Positions 37,752 to 47,251 of a stretch of DNA of 64,000 nucleotides are shown here, one piece after another. This stretch comes from Mantamonas sphyraenae STR306 (taxonomy: Eukaryota; Protista; CRuMs). Each line of letters starts with the position of its first letter. Within the stretch, counting starts at the first letter, position 1. Position numbers and translations under genes: made by a program. The stretch covers positions 14,525 through 78,524 of the forward strand of contig JAPMXV010000047.1 in NCBI GenBank assembly GCA_026936335.1. Direction: 5' to 3'. The notes beneath the pieces are model-generated. The model was not told the DNA's origin. It did not search any database and saw only the letters and a list, made by a program, of their open reading frames with translations.

Positions 37752-39360
37752 ATGCGCGACCGCCACAAGTCAAATTCCTCTCTTCTACACGCGCCTCCCA
37801 CCGACGGCATGTCGGTGAATCGGCGATCATGTCCACCCAAGCTGCTTGAACAACCCCCTGCCGAGGCTGCAGAGCTTGCAAAAGAAGGGAGAAAAGCAAT
37901 CACAACGGATGGTCGCATCTTCTATTTCCCCAGAGGCACGCCCACGTTCCTGATTCAAACATTCACGATGCTGGAGAATCCGGACACACAACACATCATC
38001 TCTTGGGGCTGGGAGCCTTGTGGGGATATGGAACGATCCGTCGGTAACAACACGACCACACATCAAAGCCAAGAGACTCGTAACCGGGCTGTCCTTGAGG
38101 GTGGCCCATGTTCAGAGAACTCGCGCCCTGAAAATTCCTGTCGGATCGTCGTCCATGACACCCGTGCACTCGAGGAGGAAGTTCTGGGTGCCGTGTTCCG
38201 CCACTCGTCGTATTTGAGTTTCGCGCGACAACTCAACGCCTATGGATTCTGGAAAGTGGGCAGTGCTATCTTTTCCCATCCCAAGTTTCTTCGAACAGAT
38301 GTACGCAGTATCGGGAGCATCAAAAGACACACAGGCAGCGCAAAGGTAGGCGGAGAAGAAAAGGTGGAGATTCTTCCACGGTCAGCTGCAGGTTTCGTTT
38401 CGCTGCGCTGTGGTGAGAGAATCCCGACGCAGAGGACATTTTCACGTGCTTTTGACTCAACGGTGATCATTAGCCGTACGTTGTGCACGCGGTATGATCC
38501 CTAACACCTGCACTGCATTGCAGAGCCGGAAGCGAAAGCGCAGCTCCGACGACACAGATCACACCATGCACCAGGAACCAAACGAAAACGGTGGTCACCC
38601 CGATGAAAAGCGGCAGCATGTCGTGAGAGACAGTACAGCTGGGCAAGAGTGGCCAAAGACGGCAAACTGGAACACATCGCCCACAGCGACGCGCATCGAG
38701 AAAGGAACACCACGAGTACAGATTGTGCACCTGCACAAAGAGAATCAAATGCTACAGAGTGGTGTAAAGGCCATGCAAGTGCACCTACAAGTGCAGCGTG
38801 CCTTGCTGAGCAAGATGCAGGAAAAGCTGATGCGGACGCAGTCGCTCGTTCGGATGTTGACCACCCTTGTCCACAATTCGAAAGACAACGTTGATGCCGA
38901 AGACCTTAGGAATCTTGAAATGGCGTCTCAGATGTCCGCCGATGGATTGGCTAACTTGCCTTTGTTTCCAAACTACTCGACACGATCATCCCAAACAACA
39001 ATGGCCACGCCAAGCAACGTGCAATTCGAGACAACCGGCGTCGATGACAAGATGTCAGTTGCAAACCATCACAATCTGAAAGCAAACAATGACTGGAAGA
39101 CTGCAGCAAGGAATGGCTCACCCTCAAGCCATGGCAACGATAGCCGGTCGAACAGCAGCAGCGCAAGACACAGTAGCCCTTCCAGCAGTGGCAGCATGGA
39201 CTTTTTTACCGAGCTTCCGACACCAGTTGACGTTGAAGACACTGTCCACGAGCTGTTGAACATCACAACAGCGGATACGTGGCCCACAAAGCAAAGCGAG
39301 GGCTCCATTGTGCTTGCACCTGCTTGGCCTACTCTGTGGGGGAGATTCAAACCCGGGTAG
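37752..39360 (+). CDS. HSF-type transcription factor (~476 aa), 2 exons (intron 38346-38523)
   Basis: DNA-binding domain PTFLIQTFTMLENPDTQHIISW...FRHSSYLSFARQLNAYGFWKV...FSHPKFLR. Donor AAG|GTAGG, branch CTAAC at 38501, acceptor TTGCAG|AGC give AK-SRKRKR. Downstream heptad coiled coil and an acidic DFFTEL motif. Confidence 0.9.
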
Positions 39361-39427
39361 GCTCCCAGACGGCCATCTACGTGGAGGGTCACATTGGCAC
39401 ATTTCCCTCATGCATTCCTGCGCCCGC

Positions 39428-40225
39428 TTACCGATAGCCCAGCTGGAGAAACAGCGCTTGGATGTAAAGGCAAATAGACGAGGAGAGCTCCTGCCTCGCT
39501 CCGTCCACCTCTGTCCAAACCCATTTTGGCGACAATGCGTCGTGGATGTTGTCAACCGAGCAAGTATCGGCTCGCATGCAAATGACTCCGTCTTGTGCCG
39601 TTCCGAGACACCGGTGCTTGTGAAGGATTCGTTCCAGTTGCTTCCAGTACAGAGCGCGTGGGTCATTGTTGTCATCAACGGACCAGGCGAACCCAAGAGG
39701 GCAAAGCACCCGGAGCTCGTCCGACAACGAGGGTCTCTCTACACCAGAAATCAGCATCAAGCACATCATGACATGCATGCCTGGAGTTATATGCAACTCC
39801 ACGCGTTGCCGTTTCAATGATACACACATGTGGTCGTTTTCAGCGTCCAACGAGGCGACCTGGCGAGCGCGCTTTCTTCCACGCCGCCCAGCGACACCCT
39901 TCTCTTTCTTTCCGGACGGTGCGCTAACACGCAACGGACCACTGCCAGCCTGTTCGTTCCGTTCACATGAAAGGGTCCTCGATTTCAGTATCTGAAGGTC
40001 CTGGAGCCGCGCGTGGAGAAGCAGCGAGGTTTCAGCCACACACTCGTAGGCGTTCCTTATTTGCAGTCCAAGCTGTTTCATATCTTTGTGAATTTGCACA
40101 ATGTCATGCATCAGTCGGCTCATCACGGAAAACAGTTGTCGGCTGAACAGATACGGTTGTATTGTGTGCAACAAAGCAAAAGTTCCAACCGCGGAGACGG
40201 TAAGCGGGAATGAATCTGTTTCCAT
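39428..40225 (-). CDS. Hypothetical 265-aa protein, right copy
   Basis: Mirror of 9341-10138. Confidence 0.5.
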   Translation of the reverse strand: METDSFPLTVSAVGTFALLHTIQPYLFSRQLFSVMSRLMHDIVQIHKDMKQLGLQIRNAYECVAETSLLLHARLQDLQILKSRTLSCERNEQAGSGPLRVSAPSGKKEKGVAGRRGRKRARQVASLDAENDHMCVSLKRQRVELHITPGMHVMMCLMLISGVERPSLSDELRVLCPLGFAWSVDDNNDPRALYWKQLERILHKHRCLGTAQDGVICMRADTCSVDNIHDALSPKWVWTEVDGARQELSSSICLYIQALFLQLGYR

Positions 40226-40297
40226 GCTGTAATCTTCACCGTAGTGGGCCGCCCTTTGTCATGTCACGCACCGTTTCTTCTGCACAACTCCCCTCCT

Positions 40298-41587
40298 TCA
40301 CTCTCCCACACGCTGCCGCTTCCCTCCCACTCTGCCCTGGTCCTCCCGCTCCCCCCTCACACCCCTGTGTGTCTTGTTCCGCCCCCCACGTCCCTTTGCA
40401 CGTCTCTCACAGCCCTCGACGAACTGTGCGACCCAACCGCACACGCGCTGCAGCACCTCCATCTCACCCACGCGCACCCACCCTGCTCCTCCTCCTCCTG
40501 CTCCTCCTCCCACTGCCTCCATGACCAACACCGTCTCGACAGCGTCGTCCACGTCTTCACTCCACAACCAATGCCACGCTGGTCTCCACGCTCTGGCAGT
40601 GGCCATTGTCCGCGCCGAATATGCGTCCAGCCACCCCTCTGCGGTCAAATCCGCGTCTGCCCCTAGTCTCCGCAGCATGTTGGCCATCCTGACGTCGCCT
40701 CGCTGCACCGCGCGCATCAACGGTGTGGTTCTGTCTTCAAAGAACGCGTTCACCGACACGTTCAGCTCGCTGACCGCCCAGGCCACCGCCACTGCGTCTC
40801 CTCTGTCCACCATTTCCAGCATTGTCTTGACCATCCACCTGTTCTCCCTCACTCCGTCCACGTTGCACAGCTCCTGGCTGTGGCCCAGGTACCACACGTC
40901 TGTGTTGCCGCCTGACAGCGCCTTGCCCAGCCTGTCCAGTCCGTCGTCGCCCACGCCGTTGTTGCTCAGGTCCAGCCGCTGCACCGTGTGGTTGTGCACG
41001 AGTGCGTCGCCGAGTAGCATGGCGCCAAAGTCGCCCATGTTGTTTCCGTCCAGGTTCACTGTGTGCAGCCGTGTGTTTTCCACAAGGACTGCCGCCAGCA
41101 CAACAACGCCACGGTATCCGATGTCGTTGTCCTCCAGACCCAGCACCTGCACACCGCGGTTCCCAATCAGCCCTACACCCAGTTTTTCCATACCGCTGTC
41201 CCCCAAATCATTGTTGCCCAGATACAGGCATGCCAGCGTGTTGTTCTTTCCCAACATCCGTCCCAATGCGCGTGCACCGTCCACACCCAGCTCGTTTGCC
41301 TCCAGATGCAACACACGCAGGGTGGTGTTGACACACAGGGCGCTGGCAATGGATATCACGCCGCCACGTCCCAGTTCGTTCTCGCCGAGCTCCAACGTGT
41401 GCAACTGTGTCGAGCGACGCAGCAAGCGAGCGACTGCGCGTGCGTCGTGTGCAGACAGCAGGTTGCGTGACACGTCCAGGTCGTACGCTTGCTCTCTCCC
41501 CTCCACCAGAGCCTCGGCCTGCGCCTCCCAGTCTCCCTGTTTGCTCATGTCGATGGCTACCATGCGTTTTGTCTGCCGCGCTGTCAT
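40298..41587 (-). CDS. LRR-ankyrin-'WHW' protein, right copy
   Basis: Translation identical to 7979-9268. Confidence 0.92.
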   Translation of the reverse strand: MTARQTKRMVAIDMSKQGDWEAQAEALVEGREQAYDLDVSRNLLSAHDARAVARLLRRSTQLHTLELGENELGRGGVISIASALCVNTTLRVLHLEANELGVDGARALGRMLGKNNTLACLYLGNNDLGDSGMEKLGVGLIGNRGVQVLGLEDNDIGYRGVVVLAAVLVENTRLHTVNLDGNNMGDFGAMLLGDALVHNHTVQRLDLSNNGVGDDGLDRLGKALSGGNTDVWYLGHSQELCNVDGVRENRWMVKTMLEMVDRGDAVAVAWAVSELNVSVNAFFEDRTTPLMRAVQRGDVRMANMLRRLGADADLTAEGWLDAYSARTMATARAWRPAWHWLWSEDVDDAVETVLVMEAVGGGAGGGGAGWVRVGEMEVLQRVCGWVAQFVEGCERRAKGRGGRNKTHRGVRGEREDQGRVGGKRQRVGE

Positions 41588-42931
41588 CTTGACCGCGGTT
41601 CAGTGATGGTGTGGACGAGACTACGCGCACGAAAAGCCCACCATGGCCGATTGATGCCACCTGTGCGTGTGGGTGCACACGTCTTCGACCCCCCCTCCGT
41701 GTCCAGCTTCGAAAAAATGCACAGATTCTCTGGAGCTGCCGCAACTACACTGACCTCCCCCCAGTGTGCTCACCCTCACTGGACACTCTATTACACCCTT
41801 TCCAACCCCTACATCCACATGGGAGTCCTGTAACGACCTGGATCGACGATGGGAACACTCTTTCCGTTTGTGATGAGCACTATGGCACTGTTTGTACGAA
41901 ATTGGTGCATTATGTCCAAACCGGGTATTCGCATTGCCACCGCATCTCCCTCACATCCCACCACACCATCACCCCAGAGCACAATTGCACCGTCGTGTGA
42001 GACATCACACGCATCGATGGCACCCCTCGAGACTTCATCCACACCACCGTGGACACTCTGAAAATGATAGTCCACCACGCCCACATCCCACAATGAGTGG
42101 AGACACCACCCCCTCCCAGGCCCTTCCTCCACCAATGTACACTGTAAAACTTTGTCCTCCTCCCACATTGAACCCACAGGGAACAACCATCTGGTGTGCA
42201 ACGATCGAAACAAGCGACTAGCGACACAAGCCACCCCAATCACCAGATACCTCCTGCTCGTTCACACCTCGAGTACATCCTGTTTCCAGCAAGGTGAGCC
42301 ATGTACTGCAATAGACGCGACTCCCACGGGCCTACCAAGCACTTTCCCTTCTCTCCACCATCTTCCTACTTTTTCCGTTCCCACAAAGCAGCCAATCACC
42401 CCTCCCTCTTTGCAAACCGTACATGAATCCACACCCTTATCCTATACAGGAGACTGCGTCTTGCTCACAGCGCAACTCAACCATCTCGCCGGAGGACATC
42501 ACCTCATCACAAATTTTTTTCGTCACACTCACCTACAACGACGCGCCGACACATCGATGCATGGAAACACACCACACAACCACACACACACATATACACT
42601 TGTTCATTCACGCGTTTGTGGTCACTTCCCAGTTGGTGCACGTCTCGCGTGCAGGGGCGACGAAATCCGGACGTAGCAGTCCATATACCCGTCCCGTGCA
42701 GCCATGGTCATTCTGTGATGGTGTAGACGCCACGTCGTCCATGTGCTTTCTGTGCCTGCTTCGGCTCCCTCGACAATCGGTAGCTTTGAGCAAGAACGAG
42801 CTCGCTGAGAAGGGGCTGCACTATCAGGCACGCTGTCACGCGGTGCAACCCATGTGCTTGGCGGGGTTCCGCATGCAGACCCCAGGCCGTTCGAGTTTGG
42901 GTGTCTCTTGCCTCCTCCTCTGGACTGCATC

Positions 42932-43435
42932 TCACCGAGCGTGTCTGCGCCTTTTTCTGTGCGGCGGGCCCTCGTCCTCTTGAAGGAGGTCTCCAGAGGA
43001 CCACGAGCAATCGTATGGGTCGTCTATGCTGCGATCTTGCAGCGGAGAGGGATGTCGCTTTGTCCTGTTGCGGTGGAGAGTTTCTGCTGACGAGGTGTTC
43101 TCGAGATCCATTGTGGTGCTGTTGTTGCGCGCTGAAGGCAGGGACTCGATGTCCATGTGCGAGGTGCAGGGTGTGATGTAGGTGAGATCACCTGCGAGCT
43201 GGAGCCACCTGATAATCTCGACCAGGAGGGTCTGCATGTCAGGGGGTAACTGGGTTCTCCGCGTCATTTGTCGTTGTTGTTTTGGACCAGCCGGCGCAGT
43301 GCAGGGATTGCAATCCACGTCTCTATATCCCGCCAGCATGGAAAACCTTGACTGTGTGTGGATGGTGTGGGTTGCTGGCGACCGATGACCAGAGGCGCAG
43401 TGGTGCAGGGTTGGTGCGGTGGATCGGAAAATCAT
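42932..43435 (-). CDS. Hypothetical 167-aa protein, right copy
   Basis: Mirror of 6132-6635. Confidence 0.35.
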   Translation of the reverse strand: MIFRSTAPTLHHCASGHRSPATHTIHTQSRFSMLAGYRDVDCNPCTAPAGPKQQRQMTRRTQLPPDMQTLLVEIIRWLQLAGDLTYITPCTSHMDIESLPSARNNSTTMDLENTSSAETLHRNRTKRHPSPLQDRSIDDPYDCSWSSGDLLQEDEGPPHRKRRRHAR

Positions 43436-43440
43436 CCCTA

Positions 43441-46400
43441 CTAGATATCGGCATAGTCATTCCAGGGGTCTGTCGGCATGGGCCGGATGCCTGTTTGTGG
43501 CCAGCAGTCCTGTTCTGTTGGATGCGTCGTGTTTGTGGACACGGAGGCGCTCTTGTTGCGCAGAAAAAGCTGGATCATCGACGGGAGGAGTTTGTCGGTG
43601 ACCGTGTCCCAGCGCTCGCGGCAGTCAATCAAATCGTCGTCGTCGTCCGAATAGGAAGGAGGGACCCAAGGGAAGGGGAGATCTTTCAGGCGGGAACGGA
43701 GGGCACGGTAGTCTGCGGTGCAGCGAGAGTACTCACGATCAAAGAGAACCGAGCCGAGCTCCCACCACGTGGCCTCGTACGGAAACAGCTTGGTTGCGTC
43801 GATGGTGTCTTTGCCTTCCAAAACGGACAAGTACTTGACTTCTCTGGGCACGCGAGTTTTGGAACGCGAACGGTTTGCGTTGTTTGACGCGCGGCTCTTT
43901 GTGAGTGCTTTGAGAGTGCTGTGGTCGATGAGGTTTGCAAAAACGTGCGGGAGGTTGATGATCTCCCATTCGTGGAGCACTGTCCCTTGCACGCGTGTGG
44001 AGGGCCAGGAGTCCTTGCGGAGTTGCTGCAGGTGATCCAAGGGTCCATTGGATTCTGTGTTGCCAGCGGAGCCATGGCGGTCTTCCTCGTCGGACGAGTC
44101 CTCACTGACCTGCGGATGGGGGGAAAGATTCTGCAGCCGCCAGTGCAAGAGCCAGGCAAGTTTGAGTGCGAAGCGTGGGTACACGTAGTGGTTGCGCACA
44201 GTCCAGGCCCTCTTCATACGAGCACGCCATTGTCGTGGTTCCATGAGAGGGACAGATTCTTTGGCTGTGTCATAGGTGAGGCAGGGAAAGGCGTTCTGAG
44301 CCATCAGGGCGGCGTCGAGATTGGCTGCAACAGGGCAGGTGGCCGGACAGAAGGGTTGTTTGGCCATCCACGCAAAGGCGCCAGGGTGCTCGCTGTTGTT
44401 CAAAGAGGAGCTTGAAGCGCGACCCGATGGCTTTGGATCCCACAGAAGAAGGCCGGCGTCGCTGTCGAAGCAGTGGATCCAAAGGAGTGGGCGACAGATG
44501 CTTGTGTGTTCGGTTGCCGTCGATGTCTTGTGCATGTTGCTGCTGAGATAGGCACGTGGCGACATCCAGGCGGTCGCCGCAAAGCGGTACACGGCATGTG
44601 CAGCCAACTTGGCGACTTGCTTCTTCTGAGCGATGTGGTGGACCCATGAACATGTGATAGCTCGGGCAATCGGCACGCCGTGGTGGGGGGCTGCTCGGTC
44701 CGATCGAATCAGGCACTGTACACAATAGTCTGAGGTGACACTGTAGCCGTTCATGGCTTTGACATTGTGTTCCCACGCGTCGTGCTGTCGTTCGAGCAAG
44801 CCAACCAAGGAGTTCCGCCAGGCCTTGCGCAGCACTGTTCGCTCGCAGTCGTTCGTGTTGGCGGCTGCAGCGTCCTGATCTTGCTGAAAAGCGTGTGCAT
44901 GAAGTTCATGGGCACGATGTAGCTCAGTTTCCAACAGAATTTGGAGCGGTAGGGGGTAATCGTGGAAGGGTTCGATGGACTCGAGCTTGTCGAAAACGGG
45001 CACGAGGACGTGTTCTTCCACGTCTTTGTACCAAGCGCCAAGTTTGCACAGCGGGACTACACCCACAAATGCCAAGCACGTGAGTATGGCCAATTCGTCC
45101 TCAGACGCGCTGTCGCTCCTCGCCTGGGAACGAATTTCATCCGCAAACTGGCGAGCCTTTGTCAGGTTCTCCTGGTGCTCAGCAGTCACCCGCTGGGCAA
45201 GCAGAGCCGCCTTGCAGAGGGTCTGTGGATTGGTGGTGGCAATCAGACTCGAGCGCATCGACGGGAACTCGCGAAACCGTGTTGCGTTGGCACCGTGTTT
45301 GGGGTCCATCCAGAAGCAGATTAGTGTCTCCACAATATCGACCCTCTCCTGACTGTTGTTCTCAAGAAACGTTTGACAGTATTTGTTGATGACACTCTCT
45401 GGCTCAGAGGTGAGTTTGCAGCTCGAACCATGAACCCACAGCGGCTCCTTTTTGTTGCCTCCACGCTGGTGTAAAAGCTCTTCAATGGACGACATCCAGT
45501 TCTCTGCGAGCGCTTCCAGTGTCTCTCTTTCCTGCTCATTCTCTTTGTCCAGCGAGAGCAGCTTGGCCTGAACAAGGGTGGCTGCCTCCAGCTCCACGCT
45601 CATCAAACGTCGCTCGTCAACTTCCAAAGCCGGTGTGCTGTCAATGCGAACATCCGTGAGGTGGAATGCAGGTCGAATGATATTGCGATTCATACCTCCA
45701 TAGTAGGTCCAGGAGTGGCACCCAGTGTGTTCCCAGAGCACTGTGAGCGGGATCAGCCCCGAGAAACTTGCATAGACCACCAAATCCCACTGGGCTGAAG
45801 ACATGTTTGATGTACACACATATGCACTGTTGACAAATTGCCTCAATTTCTCGTAGGAGGTAAGCAGGGGCTCGGGAGGCGGGAGGTCCAGTGATGCTGA
45901 GGCGGCCGCCCACACGAGCGCTTTCACTTGACCAGGGGTTACCTCGCCGCCTTGATACTGTTGAAAAGCGGCAACTAGGTTGCTCTTGGGGTGCTTAGCA
46001 TTGGGTCCTAGGTGTGTGAGCTCGTTCTTGTTGATATCTTCGATCAGCTCCAAGGTGATGCTCTCGTATGTGTGCTTGTCAGGCAGCTGGTGCTTTGAAG
46101 GTGAAGCAGGGGCCTGTTGGTCACCATTGGGCTGCAAGTAGTGGCGACGGGCACAGGATGTCCACACATGCGCGCATTCGGTACGTGTGAGTGCATGACC
46201 TGGGCCGGGATGGAGGTTGCAAGAGGGGAAACCCACCGTGCCGTTTGGGGTCTCGGAGCTGGAGCTGGAGCTGGAGCTCGAAGATGCAGATGGGGTAGAC
46301 TCTACCCGGGACCGCTTAGGTGCGTGGTCAGTTACAGGGTCAATGCTCTGCGGCTCCTCTTCTTGCTCTTGTTCTTGGTCCCCGAGCCGGATGGGCACTT

Positions 46401-46548
46401 GCTGCGCAGCCACCTGGACGCCAAATCGGCCACCCCCCTTGCGTCGCTGGTGCTTGGCGGACCTCTTGCGTTTACGTGATGCTGCAGGTCTATCTCTACG
46501 ATGTGTGGCTCCCCAAACATTGCCCTCCTGTTGCTCACTGTTCTCCAT
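43441..46548 (-). CDS. Hypothetical ~1035-aa protein, right copy
   Basis: Translation identical to the left copy. Confidence 0.8.
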   Translation of the reverse strand: MENSEQQEGNVWGATHRRDRPAASRKRKRSAKHQRRKGGGRFGVQVAAQQVPIRLGDQEQEQEEEPQSIDPVTDHAPKRSRVESTPSASSSSSSSSSSETPNGTVGFPSCNLHPGPGHALTRTECAHVWTSCARRHYLQPNGDQQAPASPSKHQLPDKHTYESITLELIEDINKNELTHLGPNAKHPKSNLVAAFQQYQGGEVTPGQVKALVWAAASASLDLPPPEPLLTSYEKLRQFVNSAYVCTSNMSSAQWDLVVYASFSGLIPLTVLWEHTGCHSWTYYGGMNRNIIRPAFHLTDVRIDSTPALEVDERRLMSVELEAATLVQAKLLSLDKENEQERETLEALAENWMSSIEELLHQRGGNKKEPLWVHGSSCKLTSEPESVINKYCQTFLENNSQERVDIVETLICFWMDPKHGANATRFREFPSMRSSLIATTNPQTLCKAALLAQRVTAEHQENLTKARQFADEIRSQARSDSASEDELAILTCLAFVGVVPLCKLGAWYKDVEEHVLVPVFDKLESIEPFHDYPLPLQILLETELHRAHELHAHAFQQDQDAAAANTNDCERTVLRKAWRNSLVGLLERQHDAWEHNVKAMNGYSVTSDYCVQCLIRSDRAAPHHGVPIARAITCSWVHHIAQKKQVAKLAAHAVYRFAATAWMSPRAYLSSNMHKTSTATEHTSICRPLLWIHCFDSDAGLLLWDPKPSGRASSSSLNNSEHPGAFAWMAKQPFCPATCPVAANLDAALMAQNAFPCLTYDTAKESVPLMEPRQWRARMKRAWTVRNHYVYPRFALKLAWLLHWRLQNLSPHPQVSEDSSDEEDRHGSAGNTESNGPLDHLQQLRKDSWPSTRVQGTVLHEWEIINLPHVFANLIDHSTLKALTKSRASNNANRSRSKTRVPREVKYLSVLEGKDTIDATKLFPYEATWWELGSVLFDREYSRCTADYRALRSRLKDLPFPWVPPSYSDDDDDLIDCRERWDTVTDKLLPSMIQLFLRNKSASVSTNTTHPTEQDCWPQTGIRPMPTDPWNDYADI

Positions 46549-46719
46549 GGAGCAGAACAAAGGGCGGCTTTGGTGGGTTCTGCGCAACTTGCTTGGCCCC
46601 TTTGTCCTCTTGCTCAACGTAATCAACGTATCGACGACGGAGCCCACAGCGCCCACGACTTGTGTGGTTCACAAGGAGGTGTACACCTTTCACCCAATCA
46701 AGGTGGTGGGCCTGGTTGG

Positions 46720-47027
46720 ACCTCGCCCGGGACCACTCTCATCGTCGGGTTCGTGTCGTTTCGCTCACCGCTTTCGATATCAGTGAGTCCTGGACCAAGT
46801 CCTGGGAGGACAGTTCCGCACATGTACCAACACACTCTTTGGTCACACACACTGTGGATTGTGATTGGTTTTGCGATGAAGCCTGGGCCCGGACCAGGTC
46901 CGGACCCACTGGTCATCGTAAAATCGGGTGTATTTTGATTTTTTGGCTTTTCATTTCACCTCATCAATTCGTGTGACTGGAGGTTTCGATGAAGGTCCAG
47001 TCCGGACCAAGTCCGGGACCACGAAAC
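46720..47027. repeat. Dyad-motif cluster, right copy
   Basis: 46867-46925 ggttttgcgatgaagcctgggcccggaccaggtccggacccactggtcatcgtaaaatc; T-rich spacer 46931-46957; 46979-47027 ggaggtttcgatgaaggtccagtccggaccaagtccgggaccacgaaac. Confidence 0.8.
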
Positions 47028-47251
47028 AAACCACAAACAGGGACCATACATGGACTACTGGTTGACAGATGGATGTGTCGACCTGTGTGGGCATGGAGGA
47101 AGCTCTGAGGGGCGTGGGAGCATCACTGTGGCCCTGTCGGTCCAACTTGGTCTGCAGCTCGTGGTTGCCCCGTCTGAGGCAACTCAACGCGATTGCACTT
47201 TGCACGTCACAGTAATCCGCTCGATCACTCACAAGACGCAAACAAGCAATC

